NCBI GenBank assembly: GCA_045106415.1
Contig: JBGCEP010000075.1
Coordinates: 1 to 12,039 of the forward strand
DNA length: 12,039 bases
Direction of reading: 5' to 3'
From: Oligoflexales bacterium
GTDB taxonomy: Bacteria > Bdellovibrionota_B > Oligoflexia > Oligoflexales > Bog-1112
Part shown: positions 6,699 to 12,039 of the stretch, piece by piece
How positions within the stretch are numbered: position 1 is the stretch's first letter
How the letters are laid out: every line of letters begins with the position of its first letter
Notes under the pieces: generated by a model
What the model was told of the DNA's origin: nothing
Seen by the model: the letters and a program-made list of their open reading frames with translations, nothing else
The model's database searches: none
Position numbers and translations under genes: made by a program

Positions 6699-8045
6699 AT
6701 GCGTATTCGGAAACAAGAATTGAGGGTGACACCTGTTGGACAGCCGTTGTTTTTCAGTGCTCTGAAAGGTTTTAGTGAGGCTCTACACCGACAGAAGCTT
6801 TATAATATCAGTCGATCTGGTCTATTTGTACAAGCAGACGTTCTCCCTAATCCAGGCGAAACTTTTGAATTTACTTTATCGACGGATGTGCAAGAAATCC
6901 GTGGTGAGGGGCAGGTGCGTTGGTGTAAAGAGGGACATGCTTCTGCTCAACCGAGAGGTTTTGGTGTTGAGATCAGTCATTTTTCAGGTCATGACCAGCA
7001 GATTTATTTGCAAATGTTGAATCAATATCTTAAAGACCTCAGAGTCCGTGATCTTCTTATGCCAAGTCCAATGATGTTTTCATCACGAGATGCTTTGCGT
7101 GATCTTATCGAGTATTTTAGAGCCCCTGATCAAGACTTTGCCGTGATAGAAGAACGAGGAGTCACTGTTGGGGTTTATGAGTCTCATCATATTGTGGATT
7201 TACTGCTTGGAAGTTCTGATTTATCACAGCCAATATCTGCACATCTTTTACGAGACTTTGAGCGGTTTGATAGCATGATGAAAGTTGATGCAGCGATCAA
7301 ACGTTTGAATGATCTTTCTCAAAATTATTTTCCGGTTGTTCAAAATCAAGAGATGATTGGAGTGGTTTCTCGATTGTCTATGAATAGAGCTTGGACAGAG
7401 CTTTTGGAATTAAAAATTCAATTGATACAAGTTTCTCAATCGAATTTTTGTCTTAATATGCAAAGAGATGTTGAAGATAATTTATTGTTTATGCAAAGTG
7501 TTTTGTCGATGGTAGGACATAAAAATGGCCTAAGTATCGATGAGTTTTTTAAAGTGCATTTGCGAGAATTATTAGAAGGTCATTGTCATCAATCGTCCAA
7601 TTCAATAAAAACTCTTTCCTCTGTGCTTGATCAAAAAAAACAAGAAAATCCAGTGTTGTTAGTTGAACTCACTCAAAAACTTTGTCACCGTTTTAGTGGG
7701 TGGCTCGAGAACCAAAATAAATTTTTAGAGTGGGACTTATATGAAGTCGCTCAAGTCTCTGTATTAAGGTCGGCTGTTCATGTAAGAGAGGTTATTTCTG
7801 CTCTTATCATGCGTGGCTTATCTAAGACAGGTGTTGGGCAAGGTCTTTTTCTTACGGCTTCTCGTACTCGAGAAAGTGTTCGGATGAAAATGTATTATAA
7901 AGGACATAAAAAATTAGCAATCAAAGAAGAGATGTTACTAGATTTTGATGTATGGGAGGACATCCATGTCTTGGATGAAGATGGTGAGTGTGGTCTCTAT
8001 GTGGATTTGCCTTTGGGTCCATCTGGGGTCGTGTTCAACCACTGA
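6699..8045 (+). CDS. PilZ, tandem CBS and degenerate histidine-kinase-like protein
   Basis: N-terminal RIRKQELR, NISRSGLFV, GQVRW and GFGVE (PilZ); LRVRDLLM, FAVIEERGVTVGV and YFPVVQNQEMIGVVSR (CBS pair); the C-terminal half follows the HisKA/HATPase pattern but lacks catalytic residues. ATG 6699 follows AAGGGGG. Confidence 0.75.
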   Translation: MRIRKQELRVTPVGQPLFFSALKGFSEALHRQKLYNISRSGLFVQADVLPNPGETFEFTLSTDVQEIRGEGQVRWCKEGHASAQPRGFGVEISHFSGHDQQIYLQMLNQYLKDLRVRDLLMPSPMMFSSRDALRDLIEYFRAPDQDFAVIEERGVTVGVYESHHIVDLLLGSSDLSQPISAHLLRDFERFDSMMKVDAAIKRLNDLSQNYFPVVQNQEMIGVVSRLSMNRAWTELLELKIQLIQVSQSNFCLNMQRDVEDNLLFMQSVLSMVGHKNGLSIDEFFKVHLRELLEGHCHQSSNSIKTLSSVLDQKKQENPVLLVELTQKLCHRFSGWLENQNKFLEWDLYEVAQVSVLRSAVHVREVISALIMRGLSKTGVGQGLFLTASRTRESVRMKMYYKGHKKLAIKEEMLLDFDVWEDIHVLDEDGECGLYVDLPLGPSGVVFNH

Positions 8046-9204
8046 TAAATCTGAAGTTTTTATAGAAAAACCTTACCGTTCAGCTTTGGAATTGAATAGA
8101 AACTTTAATGTTTTAGGTGAATATGATGGGACTTGGTCTGTTTTGTGTCCTGGTCGTATTGTTTTGCATATCCCTGGAAATAGAAGTGAAGAAAAAAACC
8201 TATGTCCTCCGGTAAGAACACATGCTGAAGATTGGTGTTATGCGAAAGAGGCACCTGCTATATTGACGGTTCAGTGGTTGCAAAAACTTTATGGAGCTGA
8301 AGATTGTTTCGAAATGTTTAAGATTCTTCGGCAGCAAAAAAGTTTGGAAATTGCTGGTGAGGGAGCTTCAGACCTTACTGATTTAAACCCTTTATTTGAG
8401 CTTTATAATTTAAAAGAACTTAAATTGATGGGAAGTTCTTTTCGTTATTTAAAAGTTCTTAAAACTTTAAAAAACCTTGAGAATTTAGAAATTGATCAAG
8501 GAGCTTGGCTGAGATCGGCGGAGTTTTTAAAGAGTCTGCAGCGATTGAAGAAATTGAAATTGATATCTAAAGATGATTGGGGGATAGAGCTTCCAGATTT
8601 AGAGTCATTAAATGATTTAAAGTCTGTGCATCTTCGTCATCTGACAGGTGGTTTAAAAGCATTCAAAGAGAGTGAAGTTGAAGAAATTTTTTTAGAAGGA
8701 GTGGATCAGCTAGAAGGTCTTGGTGAATTACATTATGTGAAATCTGTGCGTGTAGAAAGATGCCAGAGTGGTTATGTTCCAGAGTTGACAGACGTTTCTC
8801 ATTTAGAAACATTACAACTTCGATGGTGTGAAATTCAAAAAATGCCATCAATAAGTAAGGCTGATGAGTTAAGGTATTTAGATTTATCTTATAACCAAAT
8901 TCGAAAGTTAGATTTTTTAGGTGATCATGATCACCTAAAAAAGTTATACATTAAAAATAACCAGATTTCTGATCTTGAGCCTCTTCGTGATTTAACTTCT
9001 TTGTCAAAACTTGATTTAAGAGATAACGCCGAGGTGAGAAATCTTGAGCCTTTAAAAGACTTAGAGAGTTTGAAAAAACTAAAAATTCAAGGCACCCGTA
9101 TTTATCGTATTTGGAAAAGTAACCGAAGTCGCGACCGTTATCTGTCGTTGTGTCCTACGGACTCTGATGTGACGAGGGTTCTTCGGCAATTTTGCCGCTC
9201 TTAA
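7966..9204 (+). CDS. Internalin-like leucine-rich-repeat protein, probable lipoprotein
   Basis: Repeats such as LRYLDLSYNQIRKL, LKKLYIKNNQISDLEPL, LSKLDLRDN and LKKLKIQGT; Cys-containing N- and C-caps; N-terminal hydrophobic stretch ending LGSC (lipobox-like). ATG 7966 has GGAGG upstream (7955-7959). Confidence 0.85.
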   Translation: MSWMKMVSVVSMWICLWVHLGSCSTTDKSEVFIEKPYRSALELNRNFNVLGEYDGTWSVLCPGRIVLHIPGNRSEEKNLCPPVRTHAEDWCYAKEAPAILTVQWLQKLYGAEDCFEMFKILRQQKSLEIAGEGASDLTDLNPLFELYNLKELKLMGSSFRYLKVLKTLKNLENLEIDQGAWLRSAEFLKSLQRLKKLKLISKDDWGIELPDLESLNDLKSVHLRHLTGGLKAFKESEVEEIFLEGVDQLEGLGELHYVKSVRVERCQSGYVPELTDVSHLETLQLRWCEIQKMPSISKADELRYLDLSYNQIRKLDFLGDHDHLKKLYIKNNQISDLEPLRDLTSLSKLDLRDNAEVRNLEPLKDLESLKKLKIQGTRIYRIWKSNRSRDRYLSLCPTDSDVTRVLRQFCRS

Positions 9205-9261
9205 GTTTTTTCTTTTGATTTCCGATAAGTATCCGTGAGAGCTCCAAATAGGTAGGGTTTC

Positions 9262-10086
9262 ATGGTGATCCATTTTTTCAAGAGCATTTTTTTTATTGTG
9301 ATCTTAGTATCTTGTGATTTAAATACAGGTTCAGGTACTCAAGGCCGAGTTCGCTCTGCAAGCGCAACACAGCCCACGTCAAGTGATATGCAGGAAAATC
9401 TTTCACCAAATAGCACTGTAGATCAAAGGCTGGATGAGGCGGCAGAAACGCTCCCAGAAGAAGGGATTCTAGGTTCAGGTTTCTCCTACCCTCAAGCACA
9501 AGATAACGACCTTGCTCCAGAGTTAGAGTTGCAATATCTCGTAGGAGAGTTGCAGTCAACGAGGAAAATAGGGTGTCGAGGTCGAGAAACCCTTGTGAAT
9601 GTTGAAATTCGTGTGAATGGTCGTCATATTGAGGATCGTTCCATAGGCCGCTCTGCTGCTCGTAGGACAAGTGGTCAGGAAGCAACTCGGATTTCTGTTT
9701 CGTTTGCTGATGATGTTGGGTTTGGATTTGATGAAAGAAATGTCCAAATTTTTTCAAAACAAAGCTCTTATCCCACCGATGAACTGATGGCGAATTTCAC
9801 TTCAAGTCTGAGGTATGTTCAAATATCGAAAGGTGGTCCTGGTTATAGAGATGTAGAGGTCAGCGAGGGGTCTTTTATTGATGAAGATGTTCTTTACGAT
9901 GCTTTTGAAACAGATCGCTATCTTTTAGAGTCTTTAGAAGTATGGATGAATGGTGAGATGATTTATCAAAAAGAAGAAATCAATTTTATTTTTCAAGAAA
10001 ATTCCCTTGTTTATCAAGATGACTTATCTGCACAACCTTTTTGGTTTGCTTATCAAGCTGAAAGTCAGTGTCAAATTGGTTTGTAG
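9262..10086 (+). CDS. Hypothetical lipoprotein, 274 aa
   Basis: MVIHFFKSIFFIVILVSC (lipobox LVSC), low-complexity linker, then an acidic beta-rich domain. No family recognised. Confidence 0.75.
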   Translation: MVIHFFKSIFFIVILVSCDLNTGSGTQGRVRSASATQPTSSDMQENLSPNSTVDQRLDEAAETLPEEGILGSGFSYPQAQDNDLAPELELQYLVGELQSTRKIGCRGRETLVNVEIRVNGRHIEDRSIGRSAARRTSGQEATRISVSFADDVGFGFDERNVQIFSKQSSYPTDELMANFTSSLRYVQISKGGPGYRDVEVSEGSFIDEDVLYDAFETDRYLLESLEVWMNGEMIYQKEEINFIFQENSLVYQDDLSAQPFWFAYQAESQCQIGL

Positions 10087-10171
10087 ATTTCTATTCTTCT
10101 CTTTTTAAAAATTCTTGTGTTTAAAAGGCTTGTATGACACACCTAATGATCTCAAGTTTGGAGAACGAAGT

Positions 10172-10891
10172 ATGAAAAAGCAAGATGCTCTTATTTATAG
10201 CGATGGTGCATGCAAAGGGAATCCTGGTCCTGGAGGGTGGGGGTGTGTAGTCTCGTGTCATCATAATGTTGAGGAACTTGGTGGTTTTGTTGACGCAACA
10301 ACAAACAACCAAATGGAGCTCCTTGCAGCACTTCAAGGGTTGAAAAAAGCAACAGAAAAGCAAGCAAAATCTGTTGAAGTTCGTACAGACTCAAAATACC
10401 TGGTGCAGGGTATGACTAGTTGGATAAAAAATTGGAAGAAAAAAGACTGGAAAACGGCCCAAGGAAAGCCTGTGTTAAACCAGCAGTTATGGATGGATCT
10501 TGATGTTGTTTGTCAGCAGCTTGATGTCACATGGACGCATGTTGCAGCTCATTGTGGTATTCCGGGTAATGAACGTGCAGACGAGATAGCATCATCTGAA
10601 GCGCAACAGGTTGGTTTTCAATATTTTGTGGGACCTGAAGCTGACTATGATGTCAACCTGAGTGATGATCAACCCACAGCACAACCTGTTAAAAAAATAC
10701 CCTCCAAAACTTTTAAGAAAACTTCAAGTGGAACTGCATATTGTTATTTAAGCTATATAGATGGTGACTTAAAAAAACATCAGACATGGAAAGAATGTGA
10801 AATAGAGGTGAAAGGTAGACGAGGAGCGCGTTACCGTAAAGCAACATCTGAAGATCATATGCAAGAAGTATTAAAAAGCTGGGGATTATAA
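10172..10891 (+). CDS. rnhA: Ribonuclease HI with C-terminal hybrid-binding (Cauli_VI/viroplasmin-like) domain
   Basis: YSDGACKGNPGPGGWG, TTNNQMEL, TDSKY, WKKKDWKT, V-N-LW, AHCGIPGNERADE (all DEDD residues plus His). C-terminal TWKECEIEVKGRRGARYRK. ATG 10172 follows GGAG. Confidence 0.95.
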   Translation: MKKQDALIYSDGACKGNPGPGGWGCVVSCHHNVEELGGFVDATTNNQMELLAALQGLKKATEKQAKSVEVRTDSKYLVQGMTSWIKNWKKKDWKTAQGKPVLNQQLWMDLDVVCQQLDVTWTHVAAHCGIPGNERADEIASSEAQQVGFQYFVGPEADYDVNLSDDQPTAQPVKKIPSKTFKKTSSGTAYCYLSYIDGDLKKHQTWKECEIEVKGRRGARYRKATSEDHMQEVLKSWGL

Positions 10892-10932
10892 CTCACTTTT
10901 TTGAATTGATATTCTTATTAGAACGAGAAAAT

Positions 10933-11757
10933 TTATGATTCTTCTAGGATTTTTTTATGTCTTTTACCTGCAAGTTTTATTTTGTGTAAGACATTGATCA
11001 AGCCACTCTTTTTTAAATAGCCATAGTCTCCGATATAGCTGGTGATGATAATCGTAAGATCTGTAGGAAGTTGCTTGAAAGTGCTGCTTTTTTCTAAAGT
11101 GAGGGAAGCATAGCGTTTATAAAAGATACTTGACGCAGCCTGAAACTCGAGGTTTTGTGAAAAAGAGCGATCTTCAATAGCAGATAAAGCTTCTTTGTAA
11201 AATTCTTCAGCATAAGGAACTTTAGATGTTCTTTGAAATGTTTTGAGTGATGTGAGAATCTGATCGGCTGAAACTTCGAAATATTGAAATGTCGATAAGA
11301 AAACATGTTGATTGATGGTCGCTATTATTTTTGGAAGTTGAGGAGCAATGGTGTAGAAAGACGTACGAGTCGCATCGAAAATAGCGTCTTCAGGGTTTTT
11401 TTCTAAGAGATGAGATTTAAGAAGAGATGTGATGAGAAGATTTTTTGCGGAAAGCTTTATGAGGCTAAGGTGCCTTTGCAGTGGGTAGCTATGCATGTAG
11501 AACTCAACTGAATACCCAAAACTGTGACCGAAGCTGTCACCTGTCATCATATTGATGATGTTTTGTCGGATAGCACCAGAGTGTGCCTGTGGTAGCTGTT
11601 GTTTGCATTCAAATTCGACAGAATGAAAGACATGATTCAGAGTGACATATAGAGCGTAAGAGTCTCTTTTAATTTCATATTCTTTTTTTTCTTGAGAGCT
11701 GTGATCTGCTGCGTTGAGTTGAGTTGTGCAGAGAATGAGAAAGAAAATGTGCTTCAC
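10933..11757 (-). CDS. Hypothetical secreted protein, 274 aa, with a C-terminal F-box-like motif
   Basis: GTG start with GGAGG 9 nt upstream (11771-11767); signal-peptide-like MKHIFFLILCTTQLNA; FKQLPTDLTIIITSYI near the C-terminus. Confidence 0.7.
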   Translation of the reverse strand: MKHIFFLILCTTQLNAADHSSQEKKEYEIKRDSYALYVTLNHVFHSVEFECKQQLPQAHSGAIRQNIINMMTGDSFGHSFGYSVEFYMHSYPLQRHLSLIKLSAKNLLITSLLKSHLLEKNPEDAIFDATRTSFYTIAPQLPKIIATINQHVFLSTFQYFEVSADQILTSLKTFQRTSKVPYAEEFYKEALSAIEDRSFSQNLEFQAASSIFYKRYASLTLEKSSTFKQLPTDLTIIITSYIGDYGYLKKSGLINVLHKIKLAGKRHKKILEES

Positions 11758-11809
11758 GCGTCGTAACCTCCAAATAACGGTGCACTCTACGATAGTAGGC
11801 TTGTTTTTT

Positions 11810-12039
11810 CAACTAGGGCTGCAGCAGTTGACTAAAAACCTAATCATTTCTGTTGATCTCACCAGTGAGTAGGCGTATGAAGTCCTCGGAAAAAATTAAC
11901 TGAGGCTGTCATGACATGTGTATCAATAGGTGAAGCTGCACTTGTGCTGGGTGTTTCTATTTCAACTTTACGACGTTGGGATCGTTCACAAGCATTGATG
12001 CCAGGCTACCGAACTCCTGGAGGCCATCGCCGTTACACA
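11810..12039 (+). mobile_element. Probable left portion of an IS607-family insertion sequence; boundary approximate
   Basis: Inferred from the TnpA-like ORF. IS607 elements lack terminal inverted repeats, so the end cannot be fixed from this window. Confidence 0.5.
11911..12039 (+). CDS. N-terminus (partial) of a probable IS607-family serine transposase TnpA with a MerR-like HTH
   Basis: Manual translation MTCVSIGEAALVLGVSISTLRRWDRSQALMPGYRTPGGHRRYT, open to the window edge; GAGG at 11902-11905. The SIGEAAxxLGVSxxTLRRW...RTPGGHRRY pattern is characteristic of IS607 TnpA but also of standalone MerR/excisionase-like HTH proteins. Confidence 0.8.
   Translation, partial: MTCVSIGEAALVLGVSISTLRRWDRSQALMPGYRTPGGHRRYT

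Noticed and set aside
8972..9051. Direct repeat ATCTTGAGCCT about 69 nt apart (CRISPR-like spacing)
   Set aside because: Only two short copies, explained by consecutive LRR units encoding LEPL.
10172..10891. RNase H as part of a retron, retroelement or caulimovirus-derived sequence
   Set aside because: No reverse transcriptase or structured ncRNA seen; the sequence is a typical bacterial RNase HI and the Cauli_VI-like domain is a normal RNase H accessory domain.
6002..11306. Nested ORFs 6002-6301, 6775-7020, 8663-8851, 9079-9273, 9293-9757, 9556-9747, 10121-10363, 10191-10394 and 11094-11306
   Set aside because: Each lies wholly or largely within a longer, better-supported CDS.
11787..11869. 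Small palindromes (CTAC-N4-GTAG, CAACT...AGTTG, CTCAC-N2-GTGAG) as IS end markers
   Set aside because: Too short to distinguish from chance; IS607 ends are not defined by such repeats and the boundary needs a second copy or an empty site.

Overview
Bacterial chromosomal window, moderately AT-rich. The gene repertoire (deltaproteobacterial-type IHF-beta, FmdB zinc ribbon, CHASE2-cyclase-PilZ fusion, internalin-like LRR lipoprotein, RNase HI with a C-terminal hybrid-binding domain) is suggestive of Bdellovibrionota/Oligoflexia, but this is inference only. The left part is housekeeping: ihfB-like, fmdB-like and thyA on the minus strand, divergent from accA and cmk. The middle is a signalling/envelope block: a membrane CHASE2-like class III adenylate cyclase with a C-terminal PilZ domain, a Trp-rich hypothetical protein with an apparent internal duplication, a PilZ-CBS pair-degenerate histidine-kinase-like protein, an LRR lipoprotein and an unknown lipoprotein. 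The right part has rnhA, a secreted orphan with an F-box-like motif, and the first 43 codons of a probable IS607-family TnpA that the ORF track missed. The best candidate for an undescribed system is the pairing of a PilZ-bearing adenylate cyclase with a PilZ-CBS-pseudokinase, a possible c-di-GMP/adenine-nucleotide cross-talk module. No CRISPR array, rRNA or tRNA was seen.
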